Assembly: GCF_028641065.1 (NCBI RefSeq)
Contig: NC_073387.1
Span: forward strand, 26,102,001-26,166,000
Length of the DNA stretch: 64,000 bases
From: Leucoraja erinacea
Lineage: Eukaryota
Direction of reading: 5' to 3'
Positions within the stretch are counted from its first letter, which is position 1; every line of letters begins with the position of its first letter. Made by a program: the position numbers and the translations under genes. The notes under the pieces were generated by a model. It saw nothing but the letters and a program-made list of their open reading frames with translations, did not search any database and was not told where the DNA came from. This document shows positions 14,020 through 27,895 of the stretch, piece by piece.

Positions 14020-14462
14020 CACTGCCCCAGCTCCGAGGCCGGGTAGCCGCTGCCTCTGCCGCTGCTCCAGCTCCGAGGCCGGGTCGCCGCTGCCTCTGCC
14101 GCTGCCCCAGCTCCGTGGCCGCTGCCCCAGCTCCGAGGTCGGGTCGCCTCTGCCGCTGCCCCAGCTCCGAGGTCGGGTCGCCTCTGCTGCTGCTGCCCCA
14201 GCTCCGAGGCCGGGTCGCAGCTGCTGCTGCCCCAGCTCCGAGGCCGGGTCGCTGCTGCCTCTGCCGCTGCCCCAGCTCCGTGGCCGTTGCCCCAGCTCCG
14301 TGGCCGGTGCCCCAGCTCCGTGGCCGTTGCCCCAGCTCCGTGGCTGCTGCCCCAGCTCCGAGGTCGGGTCGCCTCTGCCGCTGCCCCAGCTCCGAGGCCG
14401 GGTCGCTGCTGCCTCTGCCGCTGCCCCAGCTCCGTGGCCGTTGCCCCAGCTCCGAGGCCGGG
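14020..14462. repeat. GC-rich minisatellite
   Basis: Variable 18-42 bp units built on gctgccccagctccg(a/t)ggcc. It explains the spurious ORFs on both strands here. Confidence 0.9.
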
Positions 14463-15475
14463 TTGTGTGCTAGCCTGAATGAATGAGTGGATGTACAGCT
14501 TCCAAATCTCATTTTTTCACATTATAAAAGGGTGCAATTAAATTAATTAAAGTCCATACAGATAGATTTTCATAGATTCAGACTTTTGATCTTACCTTTC
14601 AGTTCCAGTTGATTCACAAAGTTTGACTGCAGCACCTCAGCAGCGACTTTGCTTTCAAGACTTTCTTCTTCTTCTATCCACTTAGCAGCACATTCTTCAG
14701 CCTTCTTAATGCTTTTCTCACTAAATTCAATTACCCTGCTGCAAGTTTCCACGACATGTATTCCACAGAACTACAAAGAGCCTTCATCGGAATCTTCAGT
14801 AAAACAGCCATCAGTGAAGTCCTCTCAGCTATGTTGTGTGCTAGCCTGAAGCAAAACGCGTGATTGGCCAACTAGCATACAACTCGATGTTAAACGTGCT
14901 TTTATTGGACTAAAAATACCCCAAAATTTTCTGTTTTTCTCTAATAAAAAAATGTGCAAGTCTTGTTGATGACGAGTTTCAGGGGTGATTTATATAATAT
15001 TTTAACACAATATGTGAAAATTTCATGTAGTTCTGTGACTTGGGTCACAAAACACTGGAATAAAGCTCCTTGGCCCACAGCCTATGAGGGGAACATACTG
15101 AAGATCTCACGATTTTAAAGCTCTTGTTCTCTTTGATGGCAGAAGTAATAGGTTCAGGAAGTATTATTGGAGGTGCAGTTTTGTAAATTTACCACAGCAT
15201 GCTAGTGGTGGAGAGAATAAAAACTGTAGGTTACTAATCAAACAGACTACTTTATTCTAGATGTTACTGAACTGTCGAAGTGTTTCGTGTAGCTGCACTC
15301 ATCCAGGTAAGTGGAATATTCCGGTTGATGGCAGCTGGTGAGTTTTGAATAGCATCATGAATCCAGCTCCCATATTACTTTTGCATCACCAGCTGCTGCC
15401 TTTCCAACTTGGCTGCCTTCTGAGCTCATTCACAATGTACAAGCAGAAATCAATTTCTGTATCTTTTATTGTTTA

Positions 15476-16182
15476 CTAGACCATGTGGGACCCGTTGGGT
15501 CCCTGTCAGCTGGGAGGCCTGGTCCCCCAACGCAATATTCCACCACTCACCCATTACCCCCACGGGAGGCCTGGTCCCCCAACGCAACCCATTCCCCAAC
15601 ATAAGATTCCACCACTCCCCTGCCTCCCCCAGCACTGGACTTAACAAAAAATCCAATTGCACTTCCTCTGCCTAACCCATCACTTCCAATTCCACTTCCA
15701 CTGGCCCCTCCCCCTCCTGTGCTGGCAGGAGCTGGAGTAAGTGTTCGATGATGGCAACATTGTTGCAAATGTCGGGGGACTGTGAGATTCTATTCAGGTG
15801 GAAACTTGGTGGAAGCACAGGGTGTTCCTGGATTGCAACTTTGTATGGAAGTTTGTTGTAAGCTGGGGCTGCAAGGATTTAACAGTAAAAATATTTTTAA
15901 AGTTGGCTTTTATTAACCGTTAAATATCAATAACGAGAAATATAGCATCAAATCTGAAGGAAACCAGACAAGGGCGACGACGGGAAAAAGCCGAGTATGG
16001 TTCCGCAAAAATTTTAGCGCTACTGTGTACATTTTGAGGAAGATATGATCGCATGCACACGCGCGCGCGCATACACACACAGACGCACACACACACAAAC
16101 ACACACAGACGACACACAGAGAAACAGACACACACAGAGAAACACACGCACACAGAAACGCGCGCACACACACAGAAACGCG

Positions 16183-16216
<34 letters not shown>

Positions 16217-16764
16217 AACAAACGCGCGCGCACACACACACAGGAACGCGCGCGCGCACACACAAATGCGCACACACACACACACACACAGAAACGCATG
16301 CGTACGCACACAGAAACGCAAACGTGCACACAGAAACACACACAGAGAAACACAGGTGCCGGCAGACACGCACAGGCTGGCAGGCACACACGCACAGGGA
16401 GGCAGGCACACATGCACAGACACAGAGACACATAGGCACAGGGACACACGACACAGACACACACAGACATGCCGACACACACATGCCGACACACACACAT
16501 GGACGACACAGACACAATGACACAGGCGCACACACACAGAAACACACATAGACAGATACAGACACACACACACAGCCACACGCACACACAGACGTGCACA
16601 GAGAGATAGACGGATACGCACGCAGACACGCACAGAGAGAGACAAATAGACATGCATGCAGACACGCACAGAGAGTGACTGACACACGCACGCAGAGAAA
16701 CGCACAGGCATGGAAACACGCACAGACACACACGCACAGGACGAGACTTAATAGTATATATAGA
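15476..16764 (-). mobile_element. Non-autonomous Helitron
   Basis: On the minus strand: 5' TC start, 3' CTAG end, inserted between A and T with no TSD, and a hairpin GGGACCC-aac-GGGTCCC just upstream of the 3' end (15487-15503). Confidence 0.85.
16053..16740. repeat. Degenerate (CA)n/(CAGA)n microsatellite inside the Helitron
   Basis: Directly visible; source of the CV- and HT-rich pseudo-ORFs. Confidence 0.95.
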
Positions 16765-17719
16765 TTTTGCTGCTTACGGTACATCCTGCGGAGGATTTGG
16801 AGAATGCGGGGTTTTCTTTAAAAATAAATCCAGGAACTCATTCCATCACTTGGATTCCATCTCTTGCTTTGAGACCCTCCCTAAAATCTAGGCCTTTGGT
16901 CACCTAACATCTGCTTTATCATGGTGTCTAATTTCACCAATGTAGGGTTTTATCTGATGACTCAAGATCTTTTTGTATCTGAAAGGGATAATATTAATGC
17001 ATGTTACTACTCCACTCATCACATTGACAAAATTTGTTTCGTTTTCTTAATGGGGACTGCTTGGTCCTTTAGTTTATTTTTTGCTCCTGCTTTGCAGACT
17101 ATAATGCAGATAACTTTGATCCTTATCAATTGGTAGGAATGAATTGGATGCACAGATGTAATTTGAAACAGTGGTTGCTTCAGTGCATCAATGACATTCT
17201 TATGAATTGTTGGATGTGCGTCAGTCATCCTGCTGTTTGGAAGTTTTGATTGCAGAATCTAAATCTCGATTTTTCAAGGTTTATTATGAGAATTGCCCCT
17301 TGTGAGATCATAGAATATCTTAAAGCTAAGACATCTAGACAATTGTTTAGTAAGGTAGTGTAATTTGGCAGCATTATGGAGTGAGCTAGAATCAGTACAT
17401 CAATGTAATTTATAACTCTCTATTCGCGTCCTCTGCTGGTATCACTAATTTTGTGCTTCAATAATGTTACTTGGGAAGTCTTTATATTTAGTATCGTTGG
17501 CTGACTCGGGTGGTGTTTTCTATTCTATCATGTAGGTTATTAGTAAAAACTTGAATAGGTTGAGGCCCCAAAATGCACCATTGCAGATTTTTTGTTCCAA
17601 TCTCTCAGTTTGAGTGACATTCCTCCTTTATACTGCTCAGCAAATTTCATATGCAGGGGAAATAATTTAATTGCCATTCTATGTCCTTCTAATTTAGCTA
17701 CCTATGTTTTATCAAATGC

Positions 17720-18500
17720 CTTTGGTAGCAAAAACAGGAAGGCAGATTACTATCTAAATGGTGTCAAGTTGGGAAAAGAGGAAGTACAACAGGATCTGGG
17801 GATCCTTATTCATCAGTCAATGAAAGTAAGCATGCAGGTACAGCAGGCAGTAAAGAAAGTGAATGGCATGTTGACCTTTATAACAAGAGGAGTTGAGTAT
17901 AGGAGTGAAGAGGTCCTTCTGCAGTTGTATAGGGCACTAGTGAGACCACACCTGGAGTATTGTGTGCAGTTTTGGTCCCCTATTTTGAGGAAGGACATTC
18001 TTGCTATTGAGGGAGTGCAGCGCAGGTTTACAAGGTTAATTCCCAGGATGGCAGGACTGTCATATGCTGAGTGAATGGAGCGGCTGGGCTTGTATACTCT
18101 GGAGTTTAGAAGGATGAGTGGGCATCTTATTTGAAACATATAAGATTATTAAAGGTTTGGGCATGCTAGAGGCAGGAAACATGTTCCCGATGTTGGTGGA
18201 GTCCAGAACCAGGGGCCACAGTTTAAGAATAAGGGATAAGCCATTTAGAATGGAGACGAGGAAACACTTTTTCTCACAGAGAGTGTTGAGTTTGTGGAAT
18301 TCTCTGTTTCAGAGGGCGGTGGAGACCGGTTCTCGGTATACTTTCCAGAGAGAGCTAGATAGGGCTCTTAAAGATAGCGAAGTCGGGGGATATGGGGAGA
18401 AGGCAGGAACGGGGTACTGATTTGGGATGATCACATTGAATGGCAGTGCTGGCACGAAGGGCAGAATCTCCTACTCTTGCACCTATAGTCTATTTTGTCC
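17720..18500 (+). mobile_element. CR1-clade LINE 3' fragment
   Basis: LYRALVRPHLEYCVQFWSP...IEGVQRRFTRLIP ORF2 C-terminal motif, with stops. Confidence 0.9.
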
Positions 18501-19559
18501 ATTGCCTTGTGCAAATCCATGTAAATGGAAGTTGATAATTATGTTTATTGGGTATGAGCAGCCTTTCTGGCTGTCTGATCATTTGCAAAATCTCCATGCC
18601 TTTATTATCCTTTGTTAAAGACAAGTAATTTCCTGGCAGCAGATATTAAATTAATTGGTCTATAACTCTCACTTTTTTGATCCCTCATCATCCTTTCTTC
18701 TAATGATGATCATTGATTGTATATCAACGCCACTCCTACCAATTTCCACACAGAAAGCATCTATTTTATATGCATGATTCAGACTGAAAGCATGTTTTGG
18801 GGCACATTGCAAATAGTATCCAAATACTTTTATTCCAATATACATTTCATATACATTTATTCTTGAGCTGTCTTTTTTATGTATATCTCATTCATGGGTC
18901 CAATATTACTTCATTATTAATAAATATTGAAATATTATTTAATTCTTTGCATAAAGAGATATCAGGTTGTGGGATGGACATTCACAGCAACTAATGTTTT
19001 GAAACTGTTGCTCCACGCATTAAGCTACTAATTAATAATTGATGAAATCAACGTGCAAGTGTGCCTAAGTAATATTTCAAACATTAATCTATTCAATTTA
19101 AAGAAAAAACAAATTGGTCCATGACTAGTAATTTCAACATCAATATTTCAACATCAATAAGGACAATTATGATGACATGAAAGCAGAAAGAAGTATGCTG
19201 GCAAATTAGTTTAAGGGATCAGTTAATTAAAATGAACTGGCAAGCATTAAATTGGATATTTGGATAGCCTCCAGTAGATAACTCAGAAGGTGAAGTTTTC
19301 ACCGAATTTAGGGAAAAAACAAATAATTGCTTTAATATAGACAGCAGATGAGAAGATTAGACAAATTGCAAATAGTAAAAAAATACTGGAAGTTCAACAA
19401 GGAACAGTAATTACAGTATGAGAGATTTATTCAGAATTGTAAAAAAGTTTCTATATTTAAAAAAGGGTAACAAAGTATGTGTTCCAGAAAATGAAAGGAT
19501 TAATAATGAAACTGGAGCTGCAGTTGGATGACATTGGCTAATCTAGGAGAGTGAGCAAG

Positions 19560-21610
19560 TCATAATAAGGAGTTATAGTGAGGTAGTCACACCTAAGGTG
19601 CAGGCAGAGAATTGATGGGTGACCACCAGGATAGGGAGTAGGTAGAGAGTTCAGGCATCTTCCGTGGCCATTCCCCTGGAAAAACAGGTATACCTTTTTG
19701 GACACTGGACGCTCAGGGGACAGCAGCAGTTAGGTGTGTGACACTGGCCCTGCTCTGAGGCATAGTGGGGTAGGGTGAAGTTGGGCAAGGTTACAGTGAT
19801 AGGAGATTTGATAGTTCGGGGACAGATGGGGGATTCTGTAGCAGCAAACTAGAGTCCAGTATGGTCTGTTGCCTCCATGGTGCCAGGGCCAAGGATGCCT
19901 CTGAGCAGCTGCAGAACATTTTCAAGGGGGAGGGTGAGTAACCAGAAGTTGTTATGCATGTTGACACAAATAACATGTGTAGGAAAGATGAAGTCCTGCA
20001 GAGTGAATATAGGTAGTTGGGCAAAAGGTTAAAATGCAGGACCTTGAGGGTGGTCATTTCTGGATTACTATCAGTGCCACGTGTTAGTGAGGGTAGCAAT
20101 AGGAGGTTAGGACGGATGAATGCATGGCTGAGTTGTTGTGGGTATATGAACTTATTGGATGTGGTGTATCTGGACTTTCAAAAAGCCTTTGACAAGATCC
20201 CACACAAGAGATTAGTGTGCAAAATTAGAGCACATGGTATTGGGGGTAGGGTATTGACATGGATAGAGAACTGGTTGGCAGACAGAAAGCAAAGAGTAGG
20301 TATTAACGGGTCCATTTCAGAATGGCAGGCAGTGACTAGTGGGTGCTGCAATGCTCGGTGCTGGGACCCCAGTTATTTGCAATATATATTAACGATTGAA
20401 ACAGGGAAATTAAATGTGACATCTCCACGTTTGGGGATGATACAAAGCTAGATGGCAGTGTGAGCTGCGATGAGGATGGTATGAGGCTGCAGGGTGACGT
20501 GGATAGGTCGGGTGAGTGGGCAGATGCAGTATAATGTGGATAAATGTGAGGTTATCCACTTTGGTAGCAAGAACAGGAAGGCAGATTATTATCTGAATGG
20601 TGTCAGAATAGGAAAAGCGGAGGTGCAAAGAAACTGGGTATGCTTGTACATCAACCACTGAAAATAAGCATGCAGGTACAGTAGGTAGTGAAGAAAGCTT
20701 ATGACATGTTGGGCTTCATTGCAAGAGGATGTGAGTTTAGGAGCAAGGAGGGCCTACTGCAGTTGTACAGAGCCCTGGTGAGACTGCACCTGGAGTATTG
20801 TGTGCAATTTTAGTCTCCTAATTTGAGGAAGAACATTATTGGTATTGAGGGAGTACAGCAAAGGTTCACCAGGTTAATTCCAGGGATGGTGGGATGACTA
20901 ATCTTCTGGATTTTTTTAGTTTGTAACCAGGAAAATGGACATGGGAGACCCAGTGGGTGTGGGACTTTCAGAAAGCCTTTGATAAGGTCCCACATAGGTG
21001 ATTAGTAGGCAAAATTAGAACACATGGTTTGGGGGTAGGGTACTACCATGGATAGAAAATTGGTTGGCAGACAGGAAAAAAAGAGCAGGGATTAACAGGT
21101 CCCTTTCAGAATGGCAAGCAGTGGGATACCGCAAGGTTCGGTGCTGGGACTGCAGCTATTTACAATATACATTAATGATTTGTATGAAGGGATTAAAAGT
21201 GACATTAGCAAATTTGCAGATGATACAATTTGCAGATGGGTGGCAGTGTGAACTGTGAGGAGGATGCTATGAGGATGCAGGGTGACTTGGACAGGTTGGG
21301 TGAGTGGACAGGTGCAGTTTAATGAGGATAAATGTGAGGTTATCCACTTTGGTGGCAAGAACAGGAAGGCAGATTATTATCTGAATGGTGCAAAGTTAGG
21401 AAAAGGGGAAGTACAACGAGATCTGGGTGTCCTTGTACACCATTCTCTGAAGGTAAGCAGGCAAGCCTCCATAACAAGAGGAGTATAGGAGCAAAGAGGT
21501 CCTTCTGCAGTTGTAGGATGAGAGGGAATCTTATTGAAACATATAAGATTATTAAGGGATTGGACACGCGGACACGTACGAGGCAGGAAACATGCTCCCG
21601 ATATAGGGGG
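19560..21610 (+). mobile_element. CR1 fragments: ORF1 esterase remnant followed by two RT fragments
   Basis: MVCCLHGARAKD...VVISGLLSVPR (SGNH-esterase-like ORF1), then DVVYLDFQKAFDK RT motifs twice; degenerate. Confidence 0.8.
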
Positions 21611-22419
21611 TGTGCACGTAAGGTCACTGGGTTATAGGGCTCGACGCACGGAGCCGCACAATCCATCTGGAGGACATCCATAACTTCCTGTATATGTTAT
21701 TAATGCAAGAAACGCGTACTTTCCTACCTGTTAAAAACTGCCAAAATATTAAATTTTTGCGCTGTAAAAAATTGTGGAAGTCGAGGTAAGTGAGAGACAT
21801 GTACCCAACTTCAGAATTCCAAAAGTGAAGCGAAATTAAGGTAAAGGGAAGCGAGAGCTGAAGGGACAACAGCAGCTAAAGTGCTTGGTGAACTTTGGCT
21901 GTGCAGATATCAGAATTGAAAATATTGGGAATTATCGCGTTTGCTCACTGTATTTTCATCAACAGTAAGGCATTATTTGTGGTTTTTCTTGATTCCTTTG
22001 GGATCTAAGAAGTTTCATAAGTGATAAATCTGGATGTAATTTTTGCTTCAGAGGCGTTTTCTTTTTGTATGTTAAAAACCCACTTGAGAACCATGGGCGA
22101 TTTTAAATGTTACAGCCAGATTTATCACCTCTGAAACTTTTTAGGCCGAATGGCCTACTCCTGCACCTATTTCTCCATGATGTACAGATCTAAGGAGGAT
22201 ACAATGTCAGCGATGACCAGCTTAGTATTTTGTCTGTTATAACTGCAAACCGCGACACCATGCAATGAAAGGAAACTATGTCTTAGTGCAGGAGCTCAGT
22301 TTTGCGAGCATTTGGCCACATTTGCCCGGCGTATGGCTATTGGACACAATAGCTGGTTTCCTGTGAAGGGCATTCTTTCGTCAACTCGGCTCGGAGAGCG
22401 GCGGTCAGTGTGGGACACA

Positions 22420-22471
22420 ATGGTCGTGATTAGTCGTGTGGATCATTTGGCCGTCATATCTCTTATTTTAG
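22420..22471 (+). CDS. TIM/HAVCR-like leader exon, cassette 1 (L1)
   Basis: ATG...TTAG/GTACGT, 52 nt, phase 1, encoding MVVISRVDHLAVISLIL. Homologous to 36750-36801 and joins in frame to the IgV exon. Confidence 0.8.
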
Positions 22472-22853
22472 GTACGTTACTGAGTTAATAATTTGTTTAT
22501 TATATTTGATCGTGTTATTAAAATTCCTTGGACGGCAGTAAATTAGAGGGGTCCGTGGGATACAGACGAGTTACCGTGTGATGCCGGGTCCCGTTGCAAA
22601 ACTTGCTCTTTCCATGTCCTGGGCATGTAAGTTATCACTCGCTTTTGAGTATAAAGCTAAATGGAGATGAACAATAACGCACGCATCACATTCATGCACA
22701 CAAACCATGATTTGATAATATCCCAAATTTGCCGCCCAGTCAGTAAGGGGGTCACTTTCTTGGTGCTGGGATAGGGTTTCACTTCTGTGGACACTCCCTC
22801 TCTCTTCACTCCAGTCAGAGTCAGTTGTCAGTTTCTTTCCCCGATTGTTTCAG

Positions 22854-23201
22854 GTCGAGTGTCCCTTGCCACCGGATCACAAGTGCGAGGATACCCGGGA
22901 CAGGCGATCACTCTGCCGTGCCACTACTCTGTCCGACAGTATGGTAAAACTGCGATGTGCTGGGGTCGGGGACAATGCCCTACCTTTGACTGTGGAGCTG
23001 TGCTGATTAAAACAAACGGAGAAACAGTAACTTCAGCAGGATCCGAGATATATCAGCTTGGTGGTAAAATTAAGGAAGGGGACGTGTCGCTCACGTTAAA
23101 GCAGCTTCGGAAAGAAGACGGTGGGTGGTATTGCTGCCGTGTGGAGATCCCTGGACTGTTTAATGATGTGAAAGTGAATTTGAATCTTCTGGTTTTGGAC
23201 G
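22854..23201 (+). CDS. TIM/HAVCR-family IgV exon, cassette 1 (V1)
   Basis: 348 nt, phase 1-1, tttcag/...G/GTAAG. TIM six-Cys pattern LPCHY, MCWGRGQCPTFDC, YCCRVEIPGLFND (FG-loop MILIBS-like motif). Confidence 0.92.
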
Positions 23202-23769
23202 GTAAGCAGGCAGCTCAATATTACACATTTCTGTCTCATAAATGCTGTTTCTTGATTACTCGTTGCTACCTTCTAACATCAAGCTCCATGATCAATGTAC
23301 ACGATGCAAAAGACAGCGTAGTCCTGTATTTTATGTAAAGGTAGTACATTGCCTCAGATATTGTGGGAAAGAACATGCTGTATTTTTCGCCAGAGGAAAC
23401 CCCCAGCTGGGGCAACCAGTTTATGTTCCACTTGAGGCTTTCCCAGTCTTTTATCGATCTATTGTTAGTGTAAATCTCTATTCCCGTTCACCTCAAATGT
23501 TTGCGTGTTTCCCCCATAAATACATCTTTATTTATTTCAACCACTCACCGCAGTAGCAAGTGCTACATTTTTTGCTGAATTTGCTGCTGGAAATTTTTTG
23601 TTTGTTGGCTGTCTAAATTGATGGCTTCTAATTATGCATTCTCTCTGTGTCATCCTAACAAAACATCTCATATTAACAACTTCGCTTAGCTTAGCCTTCA
23701 GCCTTATTCCAAAGCCAAAGAGTTTGGTCTCACCATCTTTTTCTTTATTTTATGTTCTTGCATATCTAA

Positions 23770-26554
23770 CATAGCAACATAGAAAATAGGTGCAGGAGTA
23801 GACCATTTGGCCCTTCGAGCCAGCACCTCATTCAATATGATCATGGCTGATCATCCAACATCATTACCCCGTTTCGGCTTTTTCCCCATATCCCTTGATT
23901 TCCTTAGCCCCAGGAGCTAAATCTAACATTTGAAAACATCCAGTGAATTGGCCTCCACTGCCTTCTGTGGCAGAGAACTCCACAGATTCAGAACTGGGTG
24001 AAAAAGTTTTTCCTCATCTCAGTCCTAAATGACCTCCCCTTATTCTTAAATTGTGACCCCTGGTTCTGGACTCCCCAAAATCAGGAACATTTTTCCTGCA
24101 TCTACCCTGTCTAATCCTCTAAAAATTGTATATTTTTCTATAAGATACCCTCTCATCCTTCTAAATTCCAGCGAATACAAGCTGGATCCATTCTTTCATC
24201 ATATGTCAGTCCCGCCATCCCGGGAATTAACCTGGTGAACCTACGTTGCACCCCCTCAATAGCAATAATGTCCATCCTCAAATTAGGGGACCAAAATTCC
24301 ACACAATACTCCAGATACGGTCTCACAAGGGCCCTGTACAACTGTAGGAGGACCTCCTTGCTCCTAAACTCAAATCTTCTTGCAATGAAGGCCCACATGC
24401 CATTGGCTTTCTTCGCTGCCTGCTGTACCTGCATGCTTAGTTTCAGTGACTGATGTACAAGCACACCCAGGTCTCATTGCACCACCCCTTCTCCTAATCT
24501 GACACCATTCATATAATAATCTGCATTCCTGTTCTTGCCACCAAAGTGGATAACATCACATTTATCCACATTATACTGCATCTACCATGCTTCTGCCCAC
24601 TCACCCAACCTATCCAAGTCACCCTGCAGCCTCATAGCATCCTCGCAGCTCACACTGCCGCCCAGCTTTGTGTCATCCGCAAACATAGAGATGTTCCATT
24701 TAATTCCCTTGTCTAAATTGTTAATATATATTGTAACCAACTGGGGTTCCAGCACCAAGCCTTGCGGCACCCAACTATTCGCTGCCTGCCATTCTGAAAA
24801 GGACCCGTTAATTCCCACTCTGCTTCCTGTCTGCCAACCAATTCTCTATCCATGTCAATACCCTATCCCCAATACCATGCGCTCTAATTTTGCACACTAA
24901 TCTCTCGTGTGGGACCTTGTCAAAGGCTTTTTGAATGCCCAGATACACCACATCTACTGGCTCTCCCTTATCCATTATACTTGTTACATATAACCATATA
25001 ACCATATAACAATTACAGCACGGAAACAGGCCATCTCGACCCTTCTAGTCCGTGCCGAACACATAATCTCCCCTTGTCCAATATACCTGCGCTCAGACCA
25101 TAACCCTCCATTCCCTTCCCATCGATATAACTATCCAATTTATTTTTAAATGATAAAAACGAACCTGCCTCCACCACCTTCACTGGAAGCTCATTCCACA
25201 CAGCTACCACTCTCTGAGTAAAGAAGTTCCCCCTCATGTTACCCCTAAACTTCAGTCCCTTAATTCTCATGTCATGTCCCCTTGTTTGAATCTTCCCTAC
25301 TCTCAGTGGGAAAAGCTTTTCCACGTCAACTCTGTCTATCCCTCTCATCATTTTAAAAACCTCTATCAAGTCCCCCCTTAACCTTCTGCGCTCCAAAGAA
25401 TAAAGCCCTAACTTGTTCAACCTTTCTCTGTAACTTAGTTGCTGAAACCCAGGCAACATTCTAGTAAATCTCCTCTGTACTCTCTCTATTTTGTTGACAT
25501 CCTTCCTATAATTAGGTGACCAAAATTGTACACCATACTCCAGAATTGGCCTCACCAATGCCTTGTACAATTTTAACATTACATCCCAACTTCTATACTC
25601 AATGCTCTGATTTATAAAGGCCAGCACACCAAAAGCTTTCTTTACCACCCTATCTACATGAGATTCCACTTTCAGGGAACCGTGCACAGTTATTCCCAGA
25701 TCACTCTGTTCACCTACATTCTTCAATTCCCTACCATTTGCCATGTACGTCCTATTTTGATTTGTCCTGCCAAGATGTAGCACCTCACACTTATCAGCAT
25801 TAAACTCCATCTGCCATCTTTCAGCCCACTCTTCCAACTGGCATAAATCTCTCTGTAGACTTTGAAACTCTACTTCATTACCCGCAACCCCACCTATCTT
25901 AGTATCATCTGCATCCTCAAAAAATTTCAAAAGATTAGTCGTATGATTTCCCCTTCATAAATCCATGCTTTTGTTGACTGATCCCATCACTGCTTTACAA
26001 ATGCACTGCTATAACATCTTTAATAATCGACTCCAGCATCTTCCCCACTACCGATGCAAGGCTAACTGGTCTATAATTCCCCATTTTCTCTCTCCCTCCT
26101 TTCTTAAAAAGTTGAGTTACATTGGCCACCCTCCAGTTCACAGGAACTGATCCAGAGTCAAGAGAACATTGGAAAATGATCACAAATGCAGCTACAATTT
26201 CTGGGGCTGCCTCCTTGAGTACTCTGGGATGCAGACCAGCAGGCCCTGGGAATTTATCTGCCTTCAGTCCCAACAATTTACCTTACACCATTTTGCGACT
26301 AATGTGGATTCCCTTCAGTTCCTTCCCACCACTAGATCCTTGGTCACCTAGATTGTTTGTGTCTTCCTTAGTGAAGACAGAACCAAAGTACTTATTTAGC
26401 CTGTTCTGCCATTTCCTAGTTTCCCAATATAAATTCACCTGTCTCTGACTTTAAGGGACCTACATTCGGCATCACTAGTCTTTTCCTATTTACATAGCTG
26501 TAGAAACTTTTACAGTCAGTTTTTATATTCCCCGCAAGCTGTCTTTCATGCTCT

Positions 26555-26605
<51 letters not shown>

Positions 26606-27370
26606 TTAATGAAACCCTCTGGCCAATTTTTGCCTCTTCCTTGGCTTTAACACTATCCTTGATGTCCTTTGTCAGCCGGGTTGAAGAATTTCATCCAGGC
26701 GGTCTTTAAATCTTTGCCATTGCATCTCCACTGTCAACCCTTCAAGTATGATTTGCCAGTCTATCCTAGCCAATTCCCGTCTCATACCTTCAAAGTCTTC
26801 TTTATTCAAATTCAGTAGCCCAGTCTCTGAATTAACTCTGTCACTCCCCATCCTAATGCAGAATTCCACTATATTATGGTCACTGTTGCCCAAGGGGCCT
26901 TGCACAACAAGATTGCTTAATAATCCTTCCTCATTACACAATACCCAGTCTAGGATGGTCTGCCCTCTATTCGGTTCCTCTACATATTGGTACAAAAACC
27001 ATCATGTATACATTCCAGGAAATCCTCCTCCTCGGCACTGCTACCAATTTGGTTGGCCCAATCTATATGTAGATTAAAATCACCCATGATAACTGCTGTA
27101 CCTTTGCTACACCTACTCTAATTTCCTGTTTGATGCTCTGAATACCACTCCAACAAGCATTTTCTGCCCTTGGCTAGTTTGCAGTTCTACCCATACCGAT
27201 TTTACAGCATCCAAACTAATGTCTCTCCTTGCTATTGCATTAATCTCCTCTTTAACCAGCAATGTCACCCCACCTCCTCTTCCTTTCTGTTTATCCTTCC
27301 AGAATATCGCATACCCCTGCATGTTTAGCTCCCAGCCTTGGTCACCGGGAGCCATGTCTTTGTAATTCCA
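23770..27370 (-). mobile_element. CR1-clade LINE (degenerate ORF2) interrupted by a second CR1
   Basis: Endonuclease, RT (FADDTKL) and C-terminal fragments in collinear order, with a 3' tail at ~23770. Confidence 0.88.
24990..25915 (-). mobile_element. Young 5'-truncated CR1 of a different subfamily, nested
   Basis: Uninterrupted ~300-aa RT C-terminal frame starting ADDTKIGG, with a (TATGGTTA)n tail. The host element resumes on both sides. Confidence 0.88.
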
Positions 27371-27895
27371 TGTAAATCCTCACAACATATCTATGTGCAC
27401 CTTCTACATCCTTTTTATAATGTGCAGTCCAGAACTGGGCAAACTAATCACTAATATCTTCTCACCAAAGCTCAAAGCAGATTTTGCATAACTTCCCCAC
27501 TGTTTGATACTCCCCCTTCATAAATGAACCCTTGGGTTTAACTTGCATTTTCTATTACCTTTGTAAACTGTAGCAAAATCAGCAGTGATCGGTTATTTAT
27601 ACTCCAAGTACTTTTTTTTTACAGCTTAGATTCATATCTGTCAAGTGATAAGTGACCTTCCTATTCTTTCCAATTTGTATGATCTGTTTTGCATTGTTGG
27701 CAAATAATTAACAAATAAAGTCCATTATTACTCATGTGATTTTTTGGAATACTCTTCAGTATTAATGACTATTAATTATAATAAATTACATTCCCAAGTC
27801 TAAATTATAAGTGATAGGAGTAGAATTAGGCCATTCGGCCCATCAATATTCAATCATAGCTGCCCTGTATCTCCCTCACAATCCTATTCTCCTGC

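Larger units (their letters stand above)
12313..15085. mobile_element. Unclassified TIR DNA transposon with nested insertions
   Basis: Inverted termini ATAGGCTGTGGGCC plus an inverted subterminal block gtgacccaagtcac...aactacatgaaa at both ends. No TSD found. Confidence 0.65.

Noticed and set aside
13753-14512. Long ORFs (226 aa, 176 aa) on both strands
   Set aside because: They are translations of a GC-rich minisatellite with no domain signal.
15913-16784. Cys/Val- and His/Thr-rich ORFs up to 274 aa
   Set aside because: (CA)n/(TG)n microsatellite artefacts.
22787-23338. ORF-track starts and ends for the IgV ORFs (183 aa and 211 aa)
   Set aside because: The extensions are intronic read-through; true boundaries are set by splice sites and separate leader exons.
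26555-26605. ~50-nt poly(C) tract, also poly(G) at ~62015-62041
   Set aside because: Homopolymer expansions whose length is unreliable in assemblies; no functional evidence.
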